A stretch of 64,000 nucleotides of DNA, taken from the NCBI RefSeq assembly GCF_004010195.1, contig NC_057717.1, positions 101,843,060 through 101,907,059 on the forward strand. Reading direction: 5' to 3'. The stretch's first letter is position 1; every line of letters begins with the position of its first letter. Position numbers and translations under genes: made by a program. Under the pieces are notes generated by a model that did no database searches, had not been told where the DNA came from, and worked only from the letters and a program-made list of their open reading frames with translations. The DNA comes from Chiloscyllium plagiosum (taxonomy: Eukaryota). This document shows, piece after piece, positions 35,993 to 48,669 of the stretch.

Positions 35993-37920
35993 ACAAGGCC
36001 CTCGATCCTGTGTTGACTGCGCCTCTCCTCATAATTATCCCCTTATCTGCTGTGCTTAAAGTTAAGTTTCGTGACCCTTTCCGTCTTCTCTGTCCTATAG
36101 CTTTTCCTGGGAACTTTAATGACCTCTGCTGAGCACACCGCAACTTAACTGAACCCACCCCCTCAGTATTTTGTTTGAATCTCTCTCCTATATCGCACCT
36201 CATAAAAGGTCAATGCTAAACATTAACTGAGTTTGTATGCACTGACCTGCTCAGTTTTTTTCTGTCTTTTATGTTACATTTCCACTAATTGCAGTGTTCT
36301 GCTCTTTGTTTGAAATCGAGCCTTTTCTGAACCAGCTGCTAATGTAGCATATGAAGCAGGGTTTACAGCACATTTTGACATGATTGTGTAATTTTGAAAA
36401 CCTTAAGTTTGTAAAGAGTCAAACTAATCGATGAGTGTGTCTAGGAACAGTCAGGTCTTCAAACAGCAAGATGACATGAGATTTGTAGCAACAGTTGAGC
36501 TGTGGCAATGTTGGTGTTGGGTGATGTTGTGGAAGTGGACTTGGGTGCTTTTCATGGTGATGCATGTTTACAGGAATTTTATTGTGGTAACGCCACAAGG
36601 CCATTCCTAAACCTAGATGATGTGACAGCAGAGTACGAGTCTGGGGATCTTGTCACCAAGTCGAGTCCTGCTCTTCCTTAAGATCTGAATGCAAACCAAC
36701 AGCAGCAGTGGAAATCCCTTAGACTAGCCTGTTCTGGGGGGTGAGTGAAACATTTCTACCAAATACCATTCTCTCTCTCTGTTCTGACTTCCCCATGTAA
36801 ACTTGATCTCATCCGTATCTCACCTGCTAGTATCCTGACTGTGATCGAGTCCAGTTCACTTGTTACATCTGTCACTGTTGATTTCCATTAGCTCCTGATC
36901 TGATGCCTCTTCAGTTTTAAAATTCTCATTTCGGTTTGGAAGCCTTGACCTTCTTCCCTCCCTCTCTTCAACCTGTCATTTCTTGTACACGTCCAATTTT
37001 AATTTCTCGACCAGTGCCTTCAGCAGCTTAGACCTGATGTTCTGGAATTCTCTCCTAACCTTGCCACTACTCTACCCTTCTCTCTCTTTCAAGACGCTCC
37101 TTAAATTTATCTAAAGTAAAGCAAAGAACTGCGATTGCTGGAGAGTTTCAGCAGGTTTGGCAGCATTTGTGGAGAAAAATCAGTCAACATTTTGAAGGGT
37201 CACCGGGCTTGGAAATGCTAACTGTTTTCTCAGCACAGAGCCTGCCAGACCGGCTGGATTTCTCCAGCAATTTGTTTTTGTGTGTTCCTTTAAAGTTGTC
37301 AGTGGATTTACTGTCTGCAAACTTGAGATCCTTCAAAATTAGACAGATCTGGCACCTGATCCAGTGTGGTGACCTTGAAGGGTGACTGAACGTGACAAGG
37401 AATAGCAAGGTACGAGACTCCATCTGATTTGACAATCCTCACTGAGACATGCGGAATCCTAACGAGGTAGCACAAAGGAATGAAAAATAAATCTGATTGA
37501 AAATGGTGCACTTAAAAGGAACCACAGAGGTAGAGGGAAACTGAAATTTTCCAGATCAATTTTTTTTGTTCTGAGTCATAACATGAATTTTTAAGGAACC
37601 AGAGAGATTGTTCAATGTTATTTATCAGTTAAAATTAAAAAAAAAAAAGTGGCTTTCTCCTGACTAGCTTTCTCAGCCGATCCCTCTTGGAAGTGGAATT
37701 GAGTTTCTCGATTCTGTGACTGTCTGACCCTTATAGGCAATGAAATCCAGGTTAAAATGCTATGATCTACAGAGTCATACAGCACAGAAGAGATGTTTCA
37801 GCCATTTGACTGAATTTCACCAATTCCACTTCTCGGCATTTGGCCAACAGACTCGAAATATCATGCAATTCAAGGCTATAGTATGTCTCCCTGGGCTAAT
37901 CTCATTTTTGCTTGTTTCAG

Positions 37921-38037
37921 GATGACACCAGATCGAAAGTTCATTTGAACACCTTTGGCTTCAACACCAATGGGACTTTGGAGGTCAACCTCACGAATCT
38001 TCGATTAAAGACAGCTCTTGACTTGAGGAAGATCATA
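37921..38037 (+). CDS. GPR108: GPR108 exon 2
   Basis: ttgtttcag|DDTRSKVHLNTFGFNTNGTLEVNLTNLRLKTALDLRKII|gtgagt; 117 nt, phase 0-0. Confidence 0.92.
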
Positions 38038-38617
38038 GTGAGTTGTTTTGGTGAAATGCAATGTAGTTTAGAAATCCATCTCAACACTGTGCCACAATAA
38101 TAATGTCCTGACTTACTCGAATGTTCAAAGCTTAGTTTGAAATGACCTCCGTGCCCCTGCCCAAGTTTTCCTCTGCTGCTGGGCAGTCCTGTAAATGGCT
38201 AACAATCATCTTCTCCAGGGTTAATGGAGATTAGGTAACAACTGCTGATGCTGTACCCTCAAAGAATTAAAAAGTAAAATGCCTGACTTGGTTCATCCTG
38301 TTCAGGAGAAGAATGTTATGCGCCTGTACTTTGCCTAAACTAACCATTTTGAATTTATAGCCATAAAAGTAATTTGAAATATTGGATTTCCCCACACTGT
38401 TCTCATACAACATGATATGTAAAAGTGTGCATGGAAGTCCCTAAACAGTTGGGTTGGCAAGGAGAAGTGTCATTTAATATTTCCCCATTAGTTGTTAGAC
38501 GCTGGAGGAGTTCATAGCAGACTTGGAGCTAAATGTAGTCCATTTCTGATCACTGTACTCGGGTGTAACCAAGAGTTGATTCCCTATTTTAAGCTTGCAA
38601 AGCCGACTTGTTGAGGA

Positions 38618-38835
38618 AGTCGAGAGTGTGGTGCTGGAGAAGCACAGCAGGTCAGGCAGCATCCGAGGAGCAGGAGAATCGACGTTTCGGGCAAAAGCCC
38701 TTCGTCAGGAATTCCTGACAAAGGGCTTATGCCCGAAACATTGATTCTCCTACTCCTCAGGTGCTGCCCGACCTGCTGTCCTTCTCCAGCACCACACTCT
38801 CCACTCTGATCTCCAGCATCTGCTGTTCTCACTTC
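38618..38835. mobile_element. Near-perfect palindromic Penelope-type element (family B) with back-to-back hammerhead-like motifs
   Basis: gagtgtggtgctggagaag..cagcaggtc.ggcagca..gaggag.aggagaatc.. centred on aggaattcct and mirrored to ..ctccagcaccacactc. Confidence 0.8.
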
Positions 38836-41360
38836 TTGATGTATTGAGTCAAACATTACCACGGATTGGAGTGGTTGGTCATCCCAATTCAGGCCCTGGC
38901 TGAGACATTGGTTCCAACTGGTTTCTGTGGTTGGTACTGGAAGCAATCAAACTTTAATTTGGTCTTGCAATGTTACCTAGTTGTATCCCTAGAGCCCCAT
39001 ATGCCAGAGTTGCAATTGAAAATGAGCACGGAGGGTTGTATAAAAATAAAGCAATCTTTTCTATCTAATCCATACTCCCTCAAGCCACTGGAAGCTCGTG
39101 CTGTGTGAGAAAAGCGTATAGGCAATCCCTGGCTTGCGAATGGGCTCCATCCTGGACTCTGTTTGCAAGAGTACTTGTACCCGAGTTGTTGGGACATAAT
39201 GCAGGATAATGAAAGACAGCTGTTTATAAGTACAGGAAATGTTCGGATGTAGGGTCTTTGAAATTGCACCTCTTACAAGGGGTTGAATTTGTAAGTACAA
39301 GTGTCCATAAGTCAAATGTTCATAAATTTGACATGCACCCCTTGTATACTGAAAGCATGTTTCCCTGCTGCCCTGCAGGCTAGCTGGCCAGTAATTGTGG
39401 GTTCAATATGTGCTCAGGGAAGACTTTGGCCACCATTCTGTTGGGTGGTTTATTCAGACAGAAAATAGAATTGCTTGTTGCTAGCTCTCCAGTTCCACTT
39501 TGTTTGGAGAATGTGTACTTTGTTACTTCAGTTTAAATGCAATCCCCAACGTTTGTGTGCATGCACGCTTACCTGTTGGTCCATCTGAGCTGTATGGATA
39601 CAGGATGCTATAGAGTGCCCTGCCTCCAAGTGGTGAGTGCAGGTATGGGGATAAAGTTGACCAAAGGCTATAATAGCAAATGGTAGAAGGAAGCTTGGAA
39701 ATGTGTCAAATCTGAAATGTAGTCTGGAAGTGAGTAGTTGGAACAAAGGAAAATTTGCATTTTTGTAATATAGCAACTTTCAAAAATGTTCAAAGATCTT
39801 AACTAATTCAAGTGATTCCCTTCCAAAAAGTGCCATAGGAAGTGCAGCATCTATTTTGTGCACAGCAAACTCTCTCAAACAACAATGTGAAAATAACTAG
39901 AGATTCTGTTTTTGGTCATCTTGATTCAGAGATGACTTTGCCAAGGCACCAAGGAGAATTTGCTTAATTTTCTTTGAATTGCTCGCTCCTCGTCCTTAGC
40001 CCATTGTGGACGTTTGCTCTGTGTAAATTGCATGCTGTTTCCTACGTTACAGCTGTGGCAACACTTCAGGGATTTCTTTATCGGAGAGATTGGGCTGTTC
40101 GGTTTCTTCAAGGCTGAGAGATTTCTTTTTAAACCATCAATTCCATGACTGATTATGGCGAAAAGATAAGAAAGCAATGTTGAGACTGGGCCAAATGACC
40201 ACCTTCTGCTTGTACGTCTTAGTCATTTCCAACATAATTACAGTGAGGTTTCAGAGTAACTCCTTGTCTATAAAAACCTTTGAGATATCCGGTGAACATG
40301 AAAATCCCTATTTAAATGTAGGCTTTTAGAAATAGTACCATTTCAAAATGCAAACCCTCCGGGTGGCTGTGCAACCACTCGCCATGGGATCGTCAACATT
40401 CATCATCTGAGTGGGATGTGGCCTCTATATAGTATCTCCTCTGGAGAAGCAGCACTCTCATCAGCACTATGCTGAGGTGTCAGCCTTTTCGTTTTTGATC
40501 AGTGTCAAGCATGGGACTTGGTCCCACAGCCATCCAACCTGGGAAGAAAGAGGTCAGATCATCGCATGATCTTTCACTAGACTTCAACCTGGCAGGTAGT
40601 TGGTTGGGAAGCAGAGTTTGTGAATGTGTAACAAACTGCCCCAGAAGGAGAAGAGATTGTGTCAGTCTGGTCGTGACCTGGTAGCAGATGTTTCAGAAAT
40701 TGTTGTTACAAAAGTGTGTTTTAGTACTCGAAAGTCAACAAGTCATTATGATGGAGCAGTAGGAGATGGTTGGGGATGCAAATGGTGAGGCACAGAAACT
40801 AAAAAGATCCATGTTAGAAAGACAGAGGTAGGCCAGTCCGAATGGAAGGGCAAACATTCAAAGGTATTGCAAGTGAGAGAATCATGAAGGAAAGATCAGC
40901 AACAGCTCGGTTATAAAATTGCACAGCAGAATACAAAACCACTTGACCTATCAGGTCTGTCTTGACCGTCCTGGAGACAAACTTGCATAATTTTACTCCC
41001 TTTCATCACACCTCTGCATACTGCTTCTCCTCAGGGTTTCTCTATCCCTGCCCACCAGGTGACTCCCACTCCTTCCTTGAGCTTCCCACCCTTCTGTTGT
41101 TTAAGTTGGTAAATTGCAAGGTTAGACCGTAGCCCCACAGCTCTTGTCTCTCTGCGTCCTGCCTCGAGTAATATTATTACATGATGCAAATTCATAGTTT
41201 GGGGAGGCTGGGTCTGCTTTGGTTCATGTGGAAAATGCAGCAGGACCTTTGTGCTAAATATGATTTCTCGATCACTAGCGAGATGATCTCGTATCTGTTT
41301 TTGATTTTTTAAAAAAAAAATTATCTTGCTGATTGTTTTCTGACTCCTTTCATACACCAG

Positions 41361-41411
41361 ATGGGGTTTAGCCTTTCAAAAACGAAGACTGATGGTGTGG
41401 CTGCCTATACA
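41361..41411 (+). CDS. GPR108: GPR108 exon 3
   Basis: caccag|MGFSLSKTKTDGVAAYT|gtgagt; 51 nt; conserved GFSL motif. Confidence 0.9.
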
Positions 41412-41849
41412 GTGAGTATTGTTAAAGGAAGTTCTTATACACCACATTCTTTGTGACTTAGGGCGGTGGGTTGTGTTCCAACCTCTGAGTGCAACTTGAG
41501 TTCGTAGGCTTCTGACTTTAAGTGGGAGCTACCCACTGAACGACAGCTGGCGCTCTCTAAATTGTTGGCATTGCTTCACTAAAACAAGCCTTCGTTAAAA
41601 TTGATGCGACTGTCTCCTAAAGGGCAGTGAGGGTTTACAGAGTGCTGTACAACGTCATTTGTTGCTTCTGCCACTTCGTCCACTGCATGGGCTGCAGTTG
41701 TTTCAGGTGGACTCTCCGGACCGACAGTCCTACCTCCAACAGTAACCTTCCTTTCCGACAATGAAAAAATGCTTTGCAGGCCTGATGGCAATTTCAAATA
41801 CTTTTCTAACATGTCTGCCTTAAATAACAAGGTTATGTTTCTGATACAG

Positions 41850-41941
41850 GTAGATGAGTCTGATGCATGTTTGCTCGAGAAATACAACAGTTCTTCAGGG
41901 GATTCCCTCACCCTCTTCAAGTTTGATCTAACACAGAAAAA
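41850..41941 (+). CDS. GPR108: GPR108 exon 4
   Basis: gatacag|VDESDACLLEKYNSSSGDSLTLFKFDLTQK+AA|gtaagt; 92 nt, ends phase 2; conserved luminal Cys. Confidence 0.82.
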
Positions 41942-41990
41942 GTAAGTTTTGCCTCCTGCGAAAATTCTGTATTCCATGTGGAAGGGATTA

Positions 41991-42126
41991 CAGAGGAACC
42001 TTGATTATCCGGCATTCAAATTATCCGCACAAGGTCCCGATGCTTGGCTAAACTGTTATCCGAACGATCGGTTATCCAAACATAACACTCCCTGCCCGTG
42101 TCGTTCGGATAATCGAGGTTCCTCTG
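41991..42126. mobile_element. Tc1/mariner-pogo-type MITE
   Basis: TA|cagaggaaccttgattatccg ... cggataatcgaggttcctctg|TA: 21-bp TIRs with one mismatch and TA target duplication. Confidence 0.85.
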
Positions 42127-43664
42127 TATATTCTATACTCTGGACACTTTAGTCATGTCTTGTAAGTATTTTGACTTGATGTGGTGCTACATTTGACTTC
42201 TTGTGGAAAGAAGGCCTGTTCTCTGATTCCATCTTTTAAAACCTTGGGGCAACAAATAAGTCTGTTAGCCATACTAGAAAACCAAAGCAGCCTGCTTGAT
42301 TGGCATCACTCCTTACACTTTTACCGTTCACTCCTTTTATCACTGACACACCGTGACAGCAATGTGTGCTAGCTACAAGATGCACTGCTGCAACACATCA
42401 CTGCTCACTCAAGCACTGCTGAATCCATGATGTCTCCCTGCGCCATAGGGGCAGCAGATACATAAGAGCACAACCACCCCTCAAGTTTTCTGCCAAGCCA
42501 CGTGCCATGCTAACTTGGTACAACGTCACCATTTTTCATGGTCACATGATCAAAATTCTGGAAACATCACCACCCTCCCAAAAACCTGCTCCTCTAGCAG
42601 CTTGTCCAGAGTAATTCACCATGCAGCTCCTTCCACACCTACAACAATGACCGTTTTCGAAGGATAAGGGCAGCAGATACATGGGAACACCACCCCCTGC
42701 AGGTTTGTCTCCCAAGCAGCTTACCATCCCAACTTGAAAATATATAACCATTCCTTCAGCGTGGCTGGTTCAAAATCCTGGCCATCCTTCCCTAATGGCA
42801 TTGTGGGTCTACCTACAGCACATAGACTGCCGTGGTTCAAGAAGGCAGCTCACCACCACCTTCTCAGGGGCAACAGAGATGCTCATTAAACGTTGGCTGA
42901 GCCAGCGACACCAAAGTCTGCAGGTGAATAAATAAAGTTAGGATGGGCAATTGATGCTGGACTAGCCAGTGAAGTGCTCAAGCCGTGGAGAATAAACAAG
43001 GGCAAAATAGTTCTTTCATCTTTAAACTATTCCAGCAACCTCTCTGGCAACCACACCTCATTCTCTCCATGATCTAGACTTTGCCAGCATTATATTTTCA
43101 TCTCAGTCACGCCATACTTTAGTTATAATATGGAGACATAGAAAATAGGAGCAGGAATAGGCCATTAACCCCATGAACCTGCTCCACCAATTAATATGTC
43201 CAAGCCCAGTACCCCTAATCCCTTTAGCCACAAGAGCTATATCTACCTTATTCTTAAAAAAGCAAAATATTTTGGCCTCGACTAGTCTGTGTGGTACTGA
43301 ATTCCTCAGGCTCACCATTCTGGATGAAGAGATTTTTCCTCATCTTAGTCTTAACAGGTTTCCCCCCCCCACCTCCATCCTTAAACTATTGTTTTTCTCC
43401 CCCCCCCCCCCGCATTTTTACATTCCAAATTTATTAATTGAACTTAAATTCTGCCAGTTGCTTTAATTGGTTTTAAACCCTATTTTCAGAGCATTAGCTG
43501 GGTCTCTGGATTTCTGGATTCTCACTTCCATTGACATCACAACTGGATCACCATCTCCCTGAGTCTTATCCCCATGGCGAAAAAACATTGAAAGTCAGAA
43601 AGTGTTGTGTCAGAGTTGGTATTAATAATGCTGAAAGTCAAATGTTGAAATCCTATGTCAACAG

Positions 43665-43822
43665 AGTTTTCATGAAGAAACAAGGTGGACAGAAAAAGCT
43701 GTGGATAGTGGGACCGGATTATCAACAGAACTCTGAAACGAAAAATACACCGGATGCGAAGAAAGATGATAAACAGGCAAAGAGCCAGGAGACAAAAGGA
43801 ACAGACCAAAAAGACAAGAATG
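43665..43822 (+). CDS. GPR108: GPR108 exon 5
   Basis: gtcaacag|A VFMKKQGGQKKLWIVGPDYQQNSETKNTPDAKKDDKQAKSQETKGTDQKDKN G|gtaaat; 158 nt, phase 2 to 1; start resembles GPR108 VQVRKYGEQKTLFI. Confidence 0.75.
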
Positions 43823-45439
43823 GTAAATCTGGTCATCAGACTTATGATTTGGATTTTCCAAGAAAGAAAGTATACAGACAGGCTGTAATTTTTTTATTCC
43901 CCTCTCTGTTGCTGATGTATGCAGCGGTTTGTCTGAAGCAGTATTGATATATTTGGAGGAAACTTGAAATGTTTACTTAGCTTTGATCTGGGGGTGGAGT
44001 TTCTAAATCATGGCTGCATTGCAATTAAATCGAACATTTTAAAAAAGAAATACAATGACCTTGTGTGAAAACCACCACCAGTTGCCTCTTGGATTCTGGC
44101 AGTCTCTCTATCGACAGTGAGGAATAGCATGCAGTATTGTAAGTTTCAGATACTGCAATCTTCCCCAATGCATGAGGTGTAGCGTGGTTTCTGCATCCTG
44201 CTCCAGTGCTGTAATCAAGCAAAGAAGTGCTGGGGAATTCCGCAAGACATTAAATTCAGAGAGGTGCTAACTCTCCTTTGACTGTGGTAGTCTTTTGCCA
44301 TGACCCAGATTCACTACCAGTAATCCACTATTTTTGTCAATATTATAAAGAATGTCTAGCAGTTACTGCAGTCATGCAACTGTGTTAATGTGAATGGCTG
44401 ATCCTAATTTATGAGCAGAAAATACTGTCATTGCTGTTGTCCTTCAACAATAGTTCACTGGATAACATTTATTTCATAATAAGTGCAAAAGGGAAAAGAT
44501 AATTTGCATCTTTATTCATGCCTTTCATGTTCTCAGGATGTCTCGATATTTTCATAGGCAGTATGATACTTTTGACATGTGCGACTGCAGGGACATAGTG
44601 GCCAAATTGTACACTGGAAGTTCCTGCCTATAGCAAGGTGAATCAGTGACCACCTAATTCATTTTGGTAGTGTTGGCTAATATTTTGCCAAGATATCGAG
44701 AGACTGTCCCTTGTCCTCCTTGAACAGAGCGTGAATTCTCTCATGTCCCCCATAGGTGGGCCGCTATTGAATGTTTTGTAGAAGATGGTATCCAGACTGT
44801 GTCCCACAAGACTCTACTGAGGCATTTACCGTGGCTGCAAGAACCTATATAGCAAATTTAACATACCGATAGGTCTGAAGGTGCTCACAGGAGCATTGTA
44901 AAACAAACCTTGTGAGGAGATAAAGCTTGAGTAAGCAGTTTTTTGAGGAATGTTTAAAAGGAGGCAAATAAGGTGGGGATGGAGACGCGAAGGAAGGGAA
45001 TTCCAGGGCTTGGAGTCTAATCAGATGACATGACCACCAATGGTGGAACGATTTACATTCAGGGATGCACAACACCTCTGATTTAGAGGAATGATTATGT
45101 CGTGGAAGGTTATGGTGCTGGAGGAGATTAGGGAGGCACAAAACCACACAGGGATTTGAAAGCGAGGTTGAGAATTTTAAAATCAAGACTGGCACCCAGC
45201 AGCGATCGGGGACCAGTACTTAACTTGTACTAAGAAATAGGGGTCTCAACTCCAAAGGAATTGTTTTATCCGAAAGAACACAGTACACATGGCTATGGAG
45301 AGAAGGGAAGGGAGTGGTTCTAGGTATGGACAGGATGGACCGACTGGCCTGTTTCCACTCTTTTAGTAATTTTAGTAATTCTGAACACAGAGATTGATAC
45401 CTGAACCTAGCTAACACCTAACCTGAAGTACTGGAGGCC

Positions 45440-45715
45440 AGGGATGACCTCTATAGAGGTATATAAAATCATGAGGGGCATGGATAAGGTGAATAGTCAA
45501 GGTTGTTTTTGCAAGGCTGGGGAATCCAAAACTAGAGGGACAAGTTTTAAAGTGAGAGGAGAAAGAGTTAAAAGGGACTTAATGGCCAACCTACTTATGC
45601 AGATGGTGTGTGTGTATGGAATGAGCTGCCAGAGGAAGTGGTGGATACAATTACAACATTTAAAAGGCATCTGGATGGGTACATGGACAGGAAGGGTTGA
45701 GAGGGATATCGGCCA
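45440..45715 (+). mobile_element. CR1 LINE 3' fragment
   Basis: ORF 45444 IEVYKIMRGMDKV..GESKTRG. Confidence 0.8.
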
Positions 45716-45717
45716 AA

Positions 45718-48330
45718 TAGAACACGGAACATTACAGTGCAATACAGGCCCATCAGCCCTCAATGTTGTCAACTGTGGAACCAATCTGAAGCCCATCAAA
45801 CCTACGTTGTTCCATTATCATCTATATGTTTATCCAATGACCATTTAAATGCCCTTAAATTTGGTGAGGGAGAAAGTGAGGACTGCAGATCAGTCGAGTG
45901 TGTGGTGATGGAAAAGTCCAGCTGCTCAAGGAGGAGGAGAATCTGTTTCAAGCATCAGCTCTTCATCAGGAATGAGGAATTCCTGATGAAGAGCTTATGC
46001 TTGAAATGTCAATTCCCAAAGTTGTTACAGACCGGAGATTCCCTGCCCTTACTACTCTCTGAAGAACCTACCTCTGCCATCTGTCCTTTCTCTATCAGCC
46101 CTCCATTTAAAGCTATGTCCCCTCGTGATAGCTATCACCATCCAAGGAAAAAGGCACTTACTGTCCACCTGATCTAATCCTCTGATCATTTTCTATGTCT
46201 CAGTTAAGTCACCTCCAGTTCCTCAGCCTTTCCTCAAGATCTTCCCTCCATACCAGGCAACATCCTGGTAAATATCCTCTGCACCCTTACCAATGTTTCC
46301 GCATCCTTCCTATAATGAGGCGACCAGAACTGTATGCGATACTCCAAGTGCGGCCGTACCAGAGTTTTGTACAACTGCAACATGACCTCATGGCCCTGAA
46401 ACTTAATCCCTCTACCAATAAAAGCTAACACACTGTACGCTTTCTTAACAATCTTATCAACCAGATTGGCAACTTTCAGGCATCTATGCACATGGACACA
46501 GATCTCTCTGCTCATCCACACTACCAAGAATCCTATCATTAGCCTAGGACTCTTTATTCCTGTTACTACTTCCAAAGAGAAACACCTCCCTTTTTGGCAT
46601 TAAACTCCATTTGCCACCTCTCAGCCCAGCTGTGCAGCTTATCTATGTTTCTCTGTAACCTGTAACGTCCTTCCGCATTGTCCACCACTGCACCAATTTT
46701 GTCATCTGCAACGTACTAACCTATCTAAGTCCTCCTCTAGGTCATTTATAAACATGACAAATAGCAGTGGCCCCAAAACAGGTCCTTGCAGTACACAATG
46801 AGTAACTGAACTCCAGGGTGAACATTTCCTATCAACTACTACCCTCTGTATTCTTTCAGCTAGCCAATTTATGATCTTAACTGCGAAATTCTCCTCAATC
46901 CCATGACTCTGTATTTTTTGCAATATCCTACTGTGGAGAACCTTGTCAAACGCCTTACTGAAATCCATATACACCACATCAACCACTTTATCCTCATCCA
47001 CCTGTTTGGTCACCATCTAAAAGAACTTGAGGCAAGATCTACCCTTCACAAAACCATGTTGACTATCCCTAGTCAACTTATTCCTTTCTAGATGATGATA
47101 AATCCCCTCTCTCATAATCCTTTCCAACATTTTACCCACAACCGAAGTAAGATTCACTGGTCTATAATTACCAGGGTTGTCTCTACTCCCCTTCTTAAAC
47201 AAGGGACAACATTTGCTATTCTGCAGTCATCTGGTACCATTCCTGTAGTCAACCACAACATAAAGATCAAAGCCAAAGACTCTGCAATCTCCTCCCCAGC
47301 TTCCCAAAAAATCCTTTGATAAATCCTAGGGGACTGATCTAGTTTCATACTCTCCAGAATTGCTAACACCACCTCCTTATGAGCCTCAATTCTGTCTAGT
47401 CTAGTAGCCTGTATCTCAGTATTCTCCTCGGCATCATTGTCTTTTTCCTGTGTGAATACGGCAAAAAATATTCATTTACCGCCTCTCCTATCTCTAAGGA
47501 CTCCAAGCACAACTTCCCACTGCTGTCCTTGACTGGCCCTAATCTTAATCTAGTCATTCTTTTATTCCTGACATACCTATTCAAAGCTTTAGGATTTTCC
47601 ATGATCTTAGCTGCCAAAGATTTCTCATGTCCCCGTCTGGCTCCTCTTAGCACTCTCTCTTTTTCCTGGCTAACCTGTATCTTTCAAGTGGCCTAGCTGA
47701 GCCTTCACGCCTCTTTACATAAGCCGCCTCCTTCCTCCTGACAAGAGATTCAACTTCTTTAGTAAACCACAGCTCACTCGCTCGGCCTCTTCCTCTCTGT
47801 CTGACTTATCAAGGACACGCAGTAGCTGTTCCTTGAACAAGCTCCGCATTTCTTTTGTGCCCATCCCCTGGGTTTCCTTCCCCATCTTATGCATCCCAAA
47901 TCTTGCCTAATTTAAACATAATTATCTTTCCCTGCGTTATGTACCTATCCCTTTCCATCACTAAAGTAAACATAACTGAATTGTAGTGACTATCACCAAA
48001 GTGCTCACCTACAACCAAATCTAACACCTGGCCTGGTTCGTTGGATTTGGTACTGGGTAATGTGGCTACACCTATTTTTGGCTTGTCTACATACTGAGTC
48101 AGGAAACCCTCCTGCACACCTTGGACAAAAACTGACCCATCTAAAGTACTTTAACCGTAGCATTTCCAGTCCATATTTGGAAAGTTGGTCTTCTGTAACA
48201 GCTACCCTGTTTCTTTTATTCTTAACCAGAATCCTCTCCTCTCCATTTCTGGAACTGTTCAGAGGCCTATAGAAAACTCCCAACAAGGGGACCTTTATTT
48301 TCCTGTTTCTTACCTCAGTCAACGAGTTCT
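45718..48330 (-). mobile_element. Long decayed CR1 LINE (ORF2 endonuclease end + RT)
   Basis: Frameshifted fragments FKKGSRDNPGNYRPVNLTSVVGK..SQHGFVKGRSC; VDVVYMDFSKAFDKV..QGPVLGPLLFVMFINDL; LYKTLVRPHLEY..QFWSPHY. Contains a Penelope-type insert at ~45868-46015. Confidence 0.92.
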
Positions 48331-48586
48331 CATCAAATGCTGGTAAATGGGGCGAGATTAATGTAGGATATTTGTTTGGCATGGGCAAGTTGGAGCCAAA
48401 GGTCTGTTTCCATGCTGTCTCTGTGTACTTGGCGACCGAAGAAGCTGGAGGAGTTTGCTGGTTAGCTTCTCTATCACTTGCTAGTGTCCAGTTTTAAAGT
48501 TGCTGGTTAGGCCTGGCCTAGCTATTCTCCTTGTCAACTTGCTCATGTTTGAGGTATGGCATCATGCTGAAATTGTGTTTCACTAG

Positions 48587-48669
48587 GTTCAAAGACAAGA
48601 CGGAAAAGAGAAACCGATCAAAGCAAGACCAAAGAAGCGTCAAAAGGAAAAGTGCAGCCGATTAAAGAG
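48587..48669 (+). CDS. GPR108: GPR108 exon 6
   Basis: ttcactag|GT SKTRRKRETDQSKTKEASKGKVQPIKE|gttggt; 83 nt, phase 1 to 0, bridging the frames of exons 5 and 7. Confidence 0.7.

Noticed and set aside
43531-43947. 138-aa ORF as a stand-alone gene
   Set aside because: It is GPR108 exon 5 plus intronic read-through.
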